From: Candidatus Anstonellales archaeon
GTDB taxonomy: Archaea; Micrarchaeota; Micrarchaeia; Anstonellales; J096
DNA length: 64,000 bases
Direction: 5' to 3'
NCBI GenBank assembly: GCA_038740615.1
Contig: JAVYLQ010000001.1
Span: 13,865-77,864, forward strand
In this document: positions 23,300-33,929 of the stretch, one piece after another
Layout of the letters: each line of letters opens with the position of its first letter
Position numbering within the stretch: the first letter of the stretch is position 1
Program-made: the position numbers and the translations under genes
The notes under the pieces: generated by a model
What the model was told of the DNA's origin: nothing
Databases searched by the model: none
The model's input: only the letters and a program-made list of their open reading frames with translations

Positions 23300-24451
23300 T
23301 CATTTTCTAAGCTTCCTAGCTCTAACAATCCTATCTGCAGCTTCTCTAATAGCATTCTCTCTCATATGTTTAGGATCTTTGCTAAAGAGTTTCAAGAACT
23401 TGTTTAAGATTCTATCTCGGGTTTTCTGTTTCATAGTCTCCTCATCTAGATAATTACCAGTGATATTGTAAACCCACTCCATATAACTACCTATCACACC
23501 TCCTGAATTAGCTAATATATCTGGTACAATTATACTGTTTAATCGATCATCGACATTCCAATCTACTGGATTATTTGCCATCTCAACTATCCATTTAGCC
23601 TTTATATAATTGTAATTATGCTCACCTATTTGCATCTCCAAAGCTGCAGGAACCAACACATCAACATCCAACTCTAAGATCTCCTTATTATCGATACTAT
23701 TCCCTCTGTAACCTTCAAAGCTACCATGTTGCTGTTTGTAGGCTAGCAAATCTGCTATATTCAACCCATTCTCATTATAAACACCCCCTTTACTATCCGA
23801 TATGGCAATCACTTTATATCCAGCTTCATCCAACATTCTAGCCAGATTTCCCCCAACATTTCCAGCACCTTGAATAGCTATTTTTAGATTTCTCCTCTCA
23901 ATATTCTTAGCTATATAATCTATAATTACAAATCCCCCATACGATGTAGATATTTCTCTAAATGCTATCCCACCTAACTCAACTGGTTTTGATGTGAACA
24001 TCCCCATATCTCTGGTACCAACAGCATTCTGATATGCATCCAACATCCAAGCAATTATCTGACTATTAGTATTAACATCCGGTGCAGGAATATCTTTCCA
24101 AGTTCCTATAATATCTCTAAAGGCATTTGCATAATTTCTGGATAGTTCCCTCAATTCTTCTCTACTTAACCTCTTTGGATCGACTACCACTCCCCCTTTA
24201 GCTCCACCATAAGGTAACTCCATAAGGGAATTCTTAAGGCTCATAAGTAATGAAAGCATCTTCAGCTCTTCTTCAGTCACATTTGGATGGAACCTTATTC
24301 CACCTTTAGAAGGGCCTAAAGAGGAATCATGAATTACTCTATAAGCATCGTAGAGTTTATCCCCGGCTCTAATCTTGCTATGATATATTCCCTCCCAATC
24401 TATCAATTCCTGATAGCCTAACTCCGAGAGTCTGTGAATCATCCTATTCAT
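23300..24451 (-). CDS. gdhA: Glutamate dehydrogenase
   Basis: GPSKGGIRFHPNV, PYGGAKGGV, Rossmann IAIQGAGNVGG; 383 aa (compact). Confidence 0.85.
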   Translation of the reverse strand: MNRMIHRLSELGYQELIDWEGIYHSKIRAGDKLYDAYRVIHDSSLGPSKGGIRFHPNVTEEELKMLSLLMSLKNSLMELPYGGAKGGVVVDPKRLSREELRELSRNYANAFRDIIGTWKDIPAPDVNTNSQIIAWMLDAYQNAVGTRDMGMFTSKPVELGGIAFREISTSYGGFVIIDYIAKNIERRNLKIAIQGAGNVGGNLARMLDEAGYKVIAISDSKGGVYNENGLNIADLLAYKQQHGSFEGYRGNSIDNKEILELDVDVLVPAALEMQIGEHNYNYIKAKWIVEMANNPVDWNVDDRLNSIIVPDILANSGGVIGSYMEWVYNITGNYLDEETMKQKTRDRILNKFLKLFSKDPKHMRENAIREAADRIVRARKLRK

Positions 24452-24504
24452 AGTCTATTTAGAAATAAACATCGGTTTTAAAAAATAATCACATATAGTT
24501 AATT

Positions 24505-26181
24505 GTGGACGAATTTGAAGAAATCCTGATATCAACCCCTATAGACAAGCTCATAGAGATAATTAAAAATGAGCAAGAGGTCACTAGCTCATATTTAGCT
24601 CTAAAAACAAAATACGATCAGGCTACGATAGAAGAGTGGGTGAGATATTTAGAAAGAGAGGGGATTGTTGAGATTAAATACCAACTTAATGAGATGCATA
24701 TATCTTGGAACTCTCCTAAAAAAGAAGAATTTGATACGAGAAAGGAGAAATTTAAGAAACGGGCAGATACAGTAGAGAAGCAGATAGAACAGCTCAAAGA
24801 GGACGTAAATATAGAAATAAGAATAGTATATGAGTTATTAGACCAGATCAATAGTAAGATTGATGAAATGAAGTTAGATAGGGAAAAATTGATGACATTT
24901 ACTACTCAATTTACCAAATTCAGAGAAGAATTGAATAAAGATTTGGAGATAATATCGAGAGATATTGCTAGAATTTCGCAAAATGTTGATGAGAAATACA
25001 GGCAAGTATCTTCTCTTGCCACCCTCATATCGGAAGTGTCAGTAGCTGATGTTCAGGAGCTTGAACAGAACATACGCAAATCTCTAGATGAGAAGCTTAA
25101 AATGATAGATACGAGAATTCAGGATTTGGATATATACGTCTCCAAACTTCAGAACATATCAGAGGAGGACATAAATAAAATATACAGTAGATTAGAAGAA
25201 CTAGAACAGATGAAAGAGATTATCAGAGGTTCTGAATCTATAGAAGGAGGATTGAGGGATCTGATAAGGAAATATGAATATATTCTAGAAGTATTAGCAG
25301 AGAGAGAAAAACTCCTGAAGGAATTGGATGAATTAGAGCAGAGAAATATTGAATTGCAGAGATCTCTGAATAATCTTAGTGGAAACATATTTGAGATTAG
25401 TGAAAAATTGCAGAAACTAGCGCAGGAATACTATGATATTCAAGGAAAATCTGCAGAACTAGCCACTCAGATTAAATCAAACCAAGATATTCTTAGGAAC
25501 ATTCAGGTGGAAGATACTAGTATAATTGATCAGGCAAAACAGATGCTAGAGACTCTAAGAAGTTTTAAGGATGATGTGAAATCTTTTGAGAAATTGTCTA
25601 AGGAGACACATGAGATCTTAGAGAGAATACAGGATATAGGTAAGGTAAGAATGAATCTAGAGAGGTATAAGAGAGAATATTTGCTTGAAGTTGCCAAGTA
25701 TGCTGAAATGGTTAATGAAGATCTAAAGACTTTGGAAACATTATTGGATATAAAGAAAAGAATGATTTCGGAATTGTCAACATATAAAGATACTCTACTT
25801 GGATACGAAGAGGAGTTTAAGAAATATGTAAAATTATTCATAGAGCAAAAGGAATCATTTGAATCTATGCGAAAGACTCTGAATCAGATGATTCAAGAGG
25901 GAGAATTTGCGGAAGCTCTGAATAGGATTAATTCTACTCTAGGGTCTTTGCAACAGGTAGAACAGAAACTAGAGGAAGCGAGAAGATTGCTAGTACAATT
26001 AGAGGAGATAAAAATAAATATAAATGTTCTGACTAAAGAGTTAAATCTATTAAAACTTAGAACTCCTGAAAATGAGAGGGAAATACAGCAGAAAATAGAA
26101 CATCAGGAAAAGAGTCTGAAAGAACAGGAGATAAAGCGAAGGAGTTTAGAGGAATGGATCAGAAGTTTTACAAAGAAATAA
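24505..26181 (+). CDS. Hypothetical protein: N-terminal winged-helix-like domain followed by ~450 aa coiled coil
   Basis: N-terminus (SYLALKTKYDQATIEEWVRYLEREGIVEI) resembles a wHTH. The remainder is heptad-rich (E/K/L/Q) with no enzymatic motif. Confidence 0.5.
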   Translation: MDEFEEILISTPIDKLIEIIKNEQEVTSSYLALKTKYDQATIEEWVRYLEREGIVEIKYQLNEMHISWNSPKKEEFDTRKEKFKKRADTVEKQIEQLKEDVNIEIRIVYELLDQINSKIDEMKLDREKLMTFTTQFTKFREELNKDLEIISRDIARISQNVDEKYRQVSSLATLISEVSVADVQELEQNIRKSLDEKLKMIDTRIQDLDIYVSKLQNISEEDINKIYSRLEELEQMKEIIRGSESIEGGLRDLIRKYEYILEVLAEREKLLKELDELEQRNIELQRSLNNLSGNIFEISEKLQKLAQEYYDIQGKSAELATQIKSNQDILRNIQVEDTSIIDQAKQMLETLRSFKDDVKSFEKLSKETHEILERIQDIGKVRMNLERYKREYLLEVAKYAEMVNEDLKTLETLLDIKKRMISELSTYKDTLLGYEEEFKKYVKLFIEQKESFESMRKTLNQMIQEGEFAEALNRINSTLGSLQQVEQKLEEARRLLVQLEEIKININVLTKELNLLKLRTPENEREIQQKIEHQEKSLKEQEIKRRSLEEWIRSFTKK

Positions 26182-26206
26182 AAACACTTATCATTAAATA
26201 TAAGTC

Positions 26207-28885
26207 ATGATTAAAATATTTATAATAAGTACAATTCTTCTCTTATCTGGGTGTATTGATCAACTCAGAATACAATTAACTAAATCTGCTACAGATTACT
26301 ATAGACTAGCAGAGAGTGAAAATATATCGGTAAGTTTTGATAAGAACAAGATTGAAGATTTTATGAAAAGGGTAAATGAAGAGTATGATAAGAGAGATAA
26401 TGCAACCCTATATGCATTTGTGTGTAATTACACTCAATTAAAAAAGGTTGGTTTTGACAAATTCAAAGCCTATTGGAAATATCTATTCACCAAAGATTCT
26501 AAAGTGATGTTTGATGAATCTCTAATAGGAGGCAAGTGTTGGATTCAGAATGTGTCCCATTTTCCAAGTATAGAAGCGATAATATTCTCCGTGTTTTTAG
26601 AACCTGAAGAGATCAGAAACAACACTGCATTTTACAAAACTTATCTGGATAAAGATGGAAATGTTGTGGTTGAGGAGCCACCATCGGATCTCGATGAAAT
26701 AAGGAGACTCTACAAGATATTTGATAGACATGTATTCTTTGGTTTAGCATCGGGTCCATCCTTTGGAGATTTCAATGAACTCAATCCATTCTGTAATAAC
26801 AGCCTTAGATATCCTGTAAAATTCATCACTGGGACAGAGAACCAGTATTTGATTCCTGCAACTCCAGAAATAAGAGCTGCATGTTACTTAGATCTTGGTT
26901 ATATACCTATATACGTATTCTATGCTAGAAATGGTATTCCAGAAGTAGATAATTCATACATACTGGTTTCAAGATTAGTAGATATGAATTCTCCGGATAG
27001 GGAAGCAATAGGACCAGTCTTCTTATTCTCGGAGGGTTCATTAACACCCTCACAGCTGCTCAAAGGATTGGAAGAATATACTCCTGGTGCAGATAGATAC
27101 ACCGGTAGAGTTAGAGCTCAGATAGTAGGATGGAAAACTCTGTGTCCAGATTGTATCGTAGGATTAACAGTGCCTTTTGATATCAGCCCTAATGAGTTGA
27201 AAGAGCTTAGGGATATGATTAGAAATGATCCTTGGTTGTATTCAAATATATCTATAATAGGATTTGGTATAGATGCAGATCGATTAAATAATAGATCAAA
27301 CTTCCATGAAATGATTCAGAGAATAGAGATGATTGTAAAATTCGCTAGGGATCTTGGTAAACCTTCTGCAGCTCTGTATATGTATATTCCTCAGAGCTGG
27401 ACAGAGAGGAAGATCAGAGCTGATGGATTTGAATACAGTGGATTAGATTACATCATGAAAAATTTCTATTCAATAGATGCAGTAGCTAGTTCGAATGTAT
27501 TTAATCTGGCTGGGAGAGGTTTGATAATGATGCCCACCCTCCCTCTAATACCAGAATCCATGCAGATATTATTAGGCAAATCCTCTGCAGTATCGGTTCT
27601 AGATACTGCAATGAACCCTTATGAAGATGCATTCTCGTATACATTAAGCTATTGTAAGGATTATTTTAAAGTAGGCATAAACTCCCCTCTAATATTCTCC
27701 TCATCTGGTGTTGATCTAAAAAACATACAACTAACTCAGAAATCTGAGTTTTACCAGGATCAACCACAATACAGAGAACCCAGATTTACTCCTGATAAGA
27801 GATTTACTATAAACGACAAGGATGATACTATTTTCAAGTGTGTAGGATGTTTCTTGATCCTGAATAGTACTCAGGTAGGAAATTTCAAATCAATATTCAA
27901 TCTAGATACATATAAACATAAATGTGAAGAACCGTCTCCTCAGATTATTAATAAGATTAAACTCTACTCAGATATAGTTGATCTAGATCCACCTTTCTTA
28001 AGAGCATTGATTGAACAGTTTAGCAATTATGACAAGTGCCACGTATCATTTGTAGATTCAAAAGCTGAACAGTTAGAGAGATGCGGACACAACCTGGAGT
28101 TCTCTGATATACAATCCGATCTAGCTAAAGCAGGATGCTCTGTAAGCAAGAAATCTGATTATGTTTGTGGATTTGGGGTGATGGATGTTAAAATAGATAT
28201 TACTAAGGAGATATTAGAACCTTGTATCCCATCTAAAGGATACATTAGAGACATGATCTTTGACGAATCTATTAATCTATGCAAGGGCGCAATTATGTTA
28301 GCAAACGCATCAGATGGTGCTGAAAAGATTATAAATGAATATCCCAAGTATATGTTAGACACTAAATATATCGAAGAGAGGTATTTATTATATAGAATGA
28401 TTTTAACATCTTTGGTGTATGATCAAGGATATAATTTCAGTAAAGCAACAGTAAGATTCTTTGAGGGGCTTGTAGATGAACTGAAAATAGTTGGGCTTAC
28501 TGGTGATAAGAAAAAAGATAACCAACTATGTCTGGATTATATGGCACTCCCACACTTCAATAATTATTGTTGCATTATCATATCAAGTAGCGAAGCGGAG
28601 ATGGTTAATCCATATTGTGTTAAAATAACTAACACAGAGGCATACTGGGATTTCCTATTAGGAATGAAGCTTGCACCGGGAATGATGATAACTTCCGATC
28701 CTCCATATTCAATAGGATTTAACAAAGCTTATGAAAAAGTTGAACCAACACTAAAAGTGATGTCAAAATATTTTGATGTATACCAGAAATGCAAGGATTG
28801 TGCAGATGAGAAATGGGCTGATAATGTAATAAAGAAGAAAAAGCAAATATGTGCAAACCTACCAGATTTACCGATATGTAAATAG
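26207..28885 (+). CDS. Large secreted Cys-rich lipoprotein (892 aa), candidate surface/S-layer-like glycoprotein
   Basis: Signal peptide with lipobox-like LLSGC, about 28 Cys spread through the protein, many N-x-S/T sequons, no TM segment after the signal. Confidence 0.6.
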   Translation: MIKIFIISTILLLSGCIDQLRIQLTKSATDYYRLAESENISVSFDKNKIEDFMKRVNEEYDKRDNATLYAFVCNYTQLKKVGFDKFKAYWKYLFTKDSKVMFDESLIGGKCWIQNVSHFPSIEAIIFSVFLEPEEIRNNTAFYKTYLDKDGNVVVEEPPSDLDEIRRLYKIFDRHVFFGLASGPSFGDFNELNPFCNNSLRYPVKFITGTENQYLIPATPEIRAACYLDLGYIPIYVFYARNGIPEVDNSYILVSRLVDMNSPDREAIGPVFLFSEGSLTPSQLLKGLEEYTPGADRYTGRVRAQIVGWKTLCPDCIVGLTVPFDISPNELKELRDMIRNDPWLYSNISIIGFGIDADRLNNRSNFHEMIQRIEMIVKFARDLGKPSAALYMYIPQSWTERKIRADGFEYSGLDYIMKNFYSIDAVASSNVFNLAGRGLIMMPTLPLIPESMQILLGKSSAVSVLDTAMNPYEDAFSYTLSYCKDYFKVGINSPLIFSSSGVDLKNIQLTQKSEFYQDQPQYREPRFTPDKRFTINDKDDTIFKCVGCFLILNSTQVGNFKSIFNLDTYKHKCEEPSPQIINKIKLYSDIVDLDPPFLRALIEQFSNYDKCHVSFVDSKAEQLERCGHNLEFSDIQSDLAKAGCSVSKKSDYVCGFGVMDVKIDITKEILEPCIPSKGYIRDMIFDESINLCKGAIMLANASDGAEKIINEYPKYMLDTKYIEERYLLYRMILTSLVYDQGYNFSKATVRFFEGLVDELKIVGLTGDKKKDNQLCLDYMALPHFNNYCCIIISSSEAEMVNPYCVKITNTEAYWDFLLGMKLAPGMMITSDPPYSIGFNKAYEKVEPTLKVMSKYFDVYQKCKDCADEKWADNVIKKKKQICANLPDLPICK

Positions 28886-28889
28886 AACG

Positions 28890-29531
28890 ATGTTGAAACT
28901 GGGTTACAACCAATTCCCTAGTTCTCAAATGGATACAGTAAGGTTTAAGTTGTCAAATTATACAATTGAATTACGTAGATGCTGTAGAAATTACTCTGAT
29001 ATAATGCACTATCACATTCAATCTCCAGAAACGATCTATATTATCTCTGGGAGTGGCAAGTTAATATATAATATAAATAATAGAACGAATGAATTGAATT
29101 TTAGTGAAGGAGAGTATATAAGAGTATACGCAAAAACACCACATTCTATATATGTCGATACAGATAGTATAATACTTACTATTCAAGAAAATATAGATAG
29201 AATCGATCATAATGGAGATTATTTGGCTCGAGGTCTATTTCCATTTAAAAGTAATATCAAAAACCCAATTTCGTTTAGAGATCCTAAGATCAAATTATCA
29301 ATATATCGAATACAAGATTATGAGCTGCAAAAACAATCTCCCGATCTCAAAAATTACTATCTCATAATAGTAGGCATGAGCAAATTCAAATATGGTGGTA
29401 AATGGTATGATAGAGGAATTCTGGTAATAAACAGAGATAATATGGAAGATTTGGAGAATTTACCTGATCATGGGGCTATATTGAAGATATCATCAAAACT
29501 TCTTAATCGAATATTCCTGGACCCATCATAG
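28890..29531 (+). CDS. Cupin-fold domain protein
   Basis: HYHIQSPETIYIISGSGKL...FSEGEYIRVYAKTPHSIY matches the two-motif cupin pattern. Start moved to the Met after the upstream stop. Confidence 0.5.
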   Translation: MLKLGYNQFPSSQMDTVRFKLSNYTIELRRCCRNYSDIMHYHIQSPETIYIISGSGKLIYNINNRTNELNFSEGEYIRVYAKTPHSIYVDTDSIILTIQENIDRIDHNGDYLARGLFPFKSNIKNPISFRDPKIKLSIYRIQDYELQKQSPDLKNYYLIIVGMSKFKYGGKWYDRGILVINRDNMEDLENLPDHGAILKISSKLLNRIFLDPS

Positions 29532-30823
29532 TAAGTATAACCTATTAAGTCTTTGATAAGGATATTATTTACCCCGATAGATCTTGCCCTCTCAATTTTC
29601 TTTATAGCCTCTCCTTTCCAATCCATGTACAGAACGTCAAATCTCTCTATCAATTTTTGATAATCAGCAAATCCTTCAACATTACCCAAAGTTATGAACA
29701 GCATGTCATAAGGTCGAGTGTATCTATTGAATTCAAATCTGTCCCCTCTAAAACTCTGTTCTAGGATCACATAGAACAATCTCTCTAGACCCAGAGAGGC
29801 TTCTACTACATGTGGTGTAGGAAAAGATCCTTTTGAGAACTGTTTGTGTCTGGATAGATCATAATCAGTTCTATATGCATTACCTGCTATCTCCACAACT
29901 CCATAATCAGTAATCACCTCTACATCAAAATTACCTTTTGAGTAGTGCGGAACTTCGCTAGATTCTAATTCTCGAATCCACATCCTATTTGGATCTAACC
30001 CTAGCTTCATGTAGAATTCCCATTCCATAGCTAAGAATGCTGCCATTATTTGATTGTCCATAACCTCTTCCATGAATTTCTCCACAGTGATTCTTTCAAC
30101 TCTATCACTTCCCCTTCTACGTATATTAAACTCTCTCCCAGCATATATCTCAAAGTTCTTAAAAGAAGGGTTTTTGGGGTCGAAGAAGTACTCAACTTCC
30201 ATCTGATTAAATTCTCTCAATCTCAACAACCCCTGTCTTGGACTAATCTCATTTCTAAAGCTCTTACCAACTTGAGCTATAGCCATGGGTAATCTAGAAT
30301 TATATTTATAGAATCGAGGGAAATCTACGAACATACCCTGAGCTGTCTCAGGTCTAAGGAAAGCAATCTGGTCACTGTTATAACCTATCTCTGTTCTAAA
30401 CATTAGATTCACATACATAACCTCTGAAAACTCTCCTCCGTGCTCTGAGCGTAAATCTTTCAGGAGCTCATTGGCTCGATTCGGATCCCAAACTCTACCT
30501 GCAGCTTCTACAATCTTATCCGCTCTATACACCATCCCAGTCTTTTTGCATCTAACTAACGGATCTGTAAAATTATCATAGTGGCCTGATGCCTTAAGTA
30601 CTATCTCTGGCGTAATTAGAGCAGTATCTATCTCCATGAAGTTATGCCTTCTCACAAATATGTTCCTCCATAGATTGATAATTTTATTCTTGATTCTCAA
30701 ACCAACCTCTCCGTAGTTATAGAACCCTGCAGGATAGTTATAGATTTCATTTGATGGATAGATTATATTATGAGATTGGGCAAACTCTAACGCGTTCATA
30801 GTGTTTTTAAATTGTAACAACAT
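29468..30823 (-). CDS. glyS: Glycyl-tRNA synthetase (archaeal/eukaryal type, compact)
   Basis: N-terminus FAQSHNIIYPSNEIYNYPAGFYNYGEVG, motif 2 FRNEISPRQGLLRLREFNQMEVE, motif 3 GLERLFYV; 451 aa. Confidence 0.8.
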   Translation of the reverse strand: MLLQFKNTMNALEFAQSHNIIYPSNEIYNYPAGFYNYGEVGLRIKNKIINLWRNIFVRRHNFMEIDTALITPEIVLKASGHYDNFTDPLVRCKKTGMVYRADKIVEAAGRVWDPNRANELLKDLRSEHGGEFSEVMYVNLMFRTEIGYNSDQIAFLRPETAQGMFVDFPRFYKYNSRLPMAIAQVGKSFRNEISPRQGLLRLREFNQMEVEYFFDPKNPSFKNFEIYAGREFNIRRRGSDRVERITVEKFMEEVMDNQIMAAFLAMEWEFYMKLGLDPNRMWIRELESSEVPHYSKGNFDVEVITDYGVVEIAGNAYRTDYDLSRHKQFSKGSFPTPHVVEASLGLERLFYVILEQSFRGDRFEFNRYTRPYDMLFITLGNVEGFADYQKLIERFDVLYMDWKGEAIKKIERARSIGVNNILIKDLIGYTYYDGSRNIRLRSFDDIFNIAP

Positions 30824-30835
30824 TTAAAATAGCCT

Positions 30836-31225
30836 ATGTTCAGAAAGATAGATAAGGATCCTAAGATATTAGAACTGAATATTGGTATTGAGATGGATGA
30901 TTATATTTTGGTCTCGGATTATGATTTGAGATTACTGTATGATTATGGTTTGTATTCAGAAAAACCGGATGTTGATGAAAATATATACAGAACATACAGA
31001 GAGCTATATGAGAAGGCATACAACCCAGAGATATTTGTTTACGATAATTATACTTACATAAAAATAACCAAGCAGAAATATCTTCGACACAAACCTAGGT
31101 ATGAATACATAATTGCGTTTGATCTAGATCTGAACAGACATTTTAGAGCTGCAGTAGCTTCAAAACTCAAACTAATAGTATTGCACGATGGTAGATATTA
31201 TATAATAACACCTTCATCTCTATAG
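30836..31225 (+). CDS. Hypothetical protein (129 aa)
   Basis: ORF only; no recognisable motif. Confidence 0.35.
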   Translation: MFRKIDKDPKILELNIGIEMDDYILVSDYDLRLLYDYGLYSEKPDVDENIYRTYRELYEKAYNPEIFVYDNYTYIKITKQKYLRHKPRYEYIIAFDLDLNRHFRAAVASKLKLIVLHDGRYYIITPSSL

Positions 31226-31825
31226 GAACAGCAATGCCGTCAGAGCACCCACAGAGGATCCAATCAGATTACTAGTTCCCTTGGTTCCTATTCCTCGCTC
31301 CTCAAAATGACCAGCAATTGAATCCGCAATATTACCCATAATACCTGCTAGAAATATGAATATAGATTGGTCGAGAGTTAGATTAAATGCTAATATACCA
31401 AATAGAGCTATTATCATAGATCCAAACATTCCAGCTACAGTACCGTAGAGACTAATTGCACCACTCTTGCCAGGTATAGTCTTTTTGAACCCAATTATAG
31501 TATAAACCCTATTATCAAACACCCCTAATTCTGAAGAGAATTTATCAGAAGTTATTGCAGCTAATCCACCAAGATAACCCACAGGATTGTTTAATATAGC
31601 AAATACAGCTGGAACTAGACCATTAGATATAACATTAGATAATCCTCTAGTTCTCTCAAAGCTTCTGAGCTTTATCTTTTTAATAGCATTGAATAGAGTT
31701 ATATAATTACTTACTGTTAGAAACAGAACGAATCCTAAAATGTATTCCAAACGGTTTGTAAAATAATATATAAGAGAGGCTAGAACAATCGCAGCTACTA
31801 TTCCTTTGGAATCAAGACCTACCAT
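31220..31825 (-). CDS. Integral membrane protein (multi-pass; possibly DUF92/polyprenol-kinase-like superfamily)
   Basis: Several hydrophobic helices; Gly-rich C-terminal segment. Family assignment is a guess. Confidence 0.45.
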   Translation of the reverse strand: MVGLDSKGIVAAIVLASLIYYFTNRLEYILGFVLFLTVSNYITLFNAIKKIKLRSFERTRGLSNVISNGLVPAVFAILNNPVGYLGGLAAITSDKFSSELGVFDNRVYTIIGFKKTIPGKSGAISLYGTVAGMFGSMIIALFGILAFNLTLDQSIFIFLAGIMGNIADSIAGHFEERGIGTKGTSNLIGSSVGALTALLFL

Positions 31826-31840
31826 GTAACATTTTGTAAT

Positions 31841-32434
31841 CTATCTAGCTGATTGTGCAACTCTCTCTATTTCATCTTTCTTCTTAAGTGCATAGCTATT
31901 TGTAAGATCATTCTTTGCAGCTAATATTATCTCATCAGCCAGTACTTCATGAATTGGTCTTTTATTACTCCAGTGCTTGAGTATAGATGCAAGAACGATA
32001 TTTCTTAGAGCCACATCTACTCTTCTTATAGATGAGATATCTACAGCTACCTGATACCTAACTCCAGCAATCTCCACTTTTGTTATATCTTCTCTTGGTG
32101 CAGCATTTTCTATAGCTCTTACTAAAACCTCTACTGGATTAGTCTTTTCTCTCTTCTCTATCTCCTCCAATGCTCTGTAGATTATATTCAGAACTGTGTA
32201 CTTCTTACCTTGCAATCTACCATGAGTCCTGATCACCTTACCGCTCACTTTCTCTCCAGTCCCTCCTCTCATGAGCTTGTTTGCCAATCTCTCTATGATA
32301 TTGACCTTTATCTTTCCCATGTATCTATTTGCATGTTTACCATGGGTATGTGGGAATACATCTCTAAGATCTATAACATCTTTTAAGCTCCTATCTCTAA
32401 CTTCCACATCTAAACTCCATCTACCAAATAGCAT
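31841..32434 (-). CDS. rps7: Ribosomal protein S7 (uS7)
   Basis: VRYQVAVDISSIRRVDVALRNI and C-terminal ILAAKNDLTNSYALKKKDEIERVA typical of uS7. Confidence 0.9.
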   Translation of the reverse strand: MLFGRWSLDVEVRDRSLKDVIDLRDVFPHTHGKHANRYMGKIKVNIIERLANKLMRGGTGEKVSGKVIRTHGRLQGKKYTVLNIIYRALEEIEKREKTNPVEVLVRAIENAAPREDITKVEIAGVRYQVAVDISSIRRVDVALRNIVLASILKHWSNKRPIHEVLADEIILAAKNDLTNSYALKKKDEIERVAQSAR

Positions 32435-32863
32435 TTACCTCTTCACCTTCCCCTTTCTCAACATCTGCAAATCCAAACCAGCTACAGCAACAATCTTATA
32501 TTTAATACCAGGTATAGATCCTATAGGTCCTCCCTGTGATCCCCCTATACCTGCTACCAGAACTTCATCGTGCTCTTTAATAAATGTAATTGCCTTGTCT
32601 CTAGGTGCATGTGCTGTAATCACCTTTCCATTTTTCTTGAGCTGAACTTTCACTGCTTTTATCAGACCTGAGTGTGGCTGCCTCTGCTCTACTACTACTT
32701 TCTGCAATACAATACCCGAAGCCATAGGAGCTTTACCAAGAGGATCATGCTTCTCCTTAAGCCTCAATACTCTCCTCACATATTTAGGATCCAACCATCT
32801 ATATTTTTTCCTTTTCTTCAGTAGATTTCTACCTGCAAATTCACCATTTGCTCCTTTACCCAT
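32435..32863 (-). CDS. rps12: Ribosomal protein S12 (uS12)
   Basis: [24 protein letters not shown]...[29 protein letters not shown]; contiguous with S7. Confidence 0.9.
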   Translation of the reverse strand: MGKGANGEFAGRNLLKKRKKYRWLDPKYVRRVLRLKEKHDPLGKAPMASGIVLQKVVVEQRQPHSGLIKAVKVQLKKNGKVITAHAPRDKAITFIKEHDEVLVAGIGGSQGGPIGSIPGIKYKIVAVAGLDLQMLRKGKVKR

Positions 32864-32987
32864 ATGATTATCACCTTCAAATTCTATATATGAGATACAT
32901 TTAAATATTTAATATGTTCCTAATCAGGTCATAATATAAACACTGATTTGATAGCGTATTAGAACGGGGGCAGATAGTAAACAGTAA

Positions 32988-33875
32988 CTATTTACTCACA
33001 GAATCAGAACTATCATAATCGATATATGGTACGAAACACTTTATAGCCTGTTTGAATTCTGTGAGTTCCAATCCATAGGATAGAGCTTTAGTGATGTTAA
33101 AAGATCTGGAGAGAGTTATTGGATATATCTCCTCTTTTCTAGAATAGATATATTCCATTGTATAGCCGAGAATAGTAGAAATTATTGGAACTTTTAATCT
33201 AGCTCTAAATAATTCTCTAACGGGCCTAGGGTTCATTTGAATGCCTAACACCTCTGATACATCTCTAATAATCTGCATAAACTCTATTCCTGGAGAGGTT
33301 AGATTGATCACATCAGAATTATTAAATTCTAGATTTTTAGAGATAAATTTGGCTACGTCTCTTGCATAGATAAATGGAACAGTATTCTTCCCATCTCCAA
33401 AATAGAAAGGTCCGTGCCTCTTCCAAGCTCTTAACATATCCAAATACTGCTCATAATATTCCCCGAAAACAGTCCCAATTCTTAATATCTTTGCTCTTTT
33501 AGATGATTGTATCACTATTCTCTCAGCAGCTAATTTTGAAGCCCCGTAAGCGTCATTAGGCCGTGTTGGACTAGATTCATCAAATCCACTAAAATTTCTA
33601 CGTCCGTATACTGCAATTGATGATAGGAATATTATTCTATCGCTGTTCAATCCTTGTAATATCTCATCTACAATCTTATAATTTACTCTCCAAATATCAT
33701 CAGCACTGCCTTTAGTTATACCGATCGCAATTATCACAACATCATATCCCTTTACCTTATTTGCTATGCTTTCCCTATCATAATTTATATTCTGTCTGGA
33801 GTAGGGATCATATGGGATGAATTCAGATATATATCTTGCAATTCTAGAGTTGGCACCTATAAGAGCTATTTTCAT
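32988..33875 (-). CDS. NAD-dependent epimerase/dehydratase family (SDR) protein
   Basis: N-terminal Rossmann IALIGANSRI, catalytic YGASK. Confidence 0.7.
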   Translation of the reverse strand: MKIALIGANSRIARYISEFIPYDPYSRQNINYDRESIANKVKGYDVVIIAIGITKGSADDIWRVNYKIVDEILQGLNSDRIIFLSSIAVYGRRNFSGFDESSPTRPNDAYGASKLAAERIVIQSSKRAKILRIGTVFGEYYEQYLDMLRAWKRHGPFYFGDGKNTVPFIYARDVAKFISKNLEFNNSDVINLTSPGIEFMQIIRDVSEVLGIQMNPRPVRELFRARLKVPIISTILGYTMEYIYSRKEEIYPITLSRSFNITKALSYGLELTEFKQAIKCFVPYIDYDSSDSVSK

Positions 33876-33929
33876 ACATCTCTTCTATTAGAATCTGTAG
33901 AATATTTAAAATTATCCATGTAAATAGTT

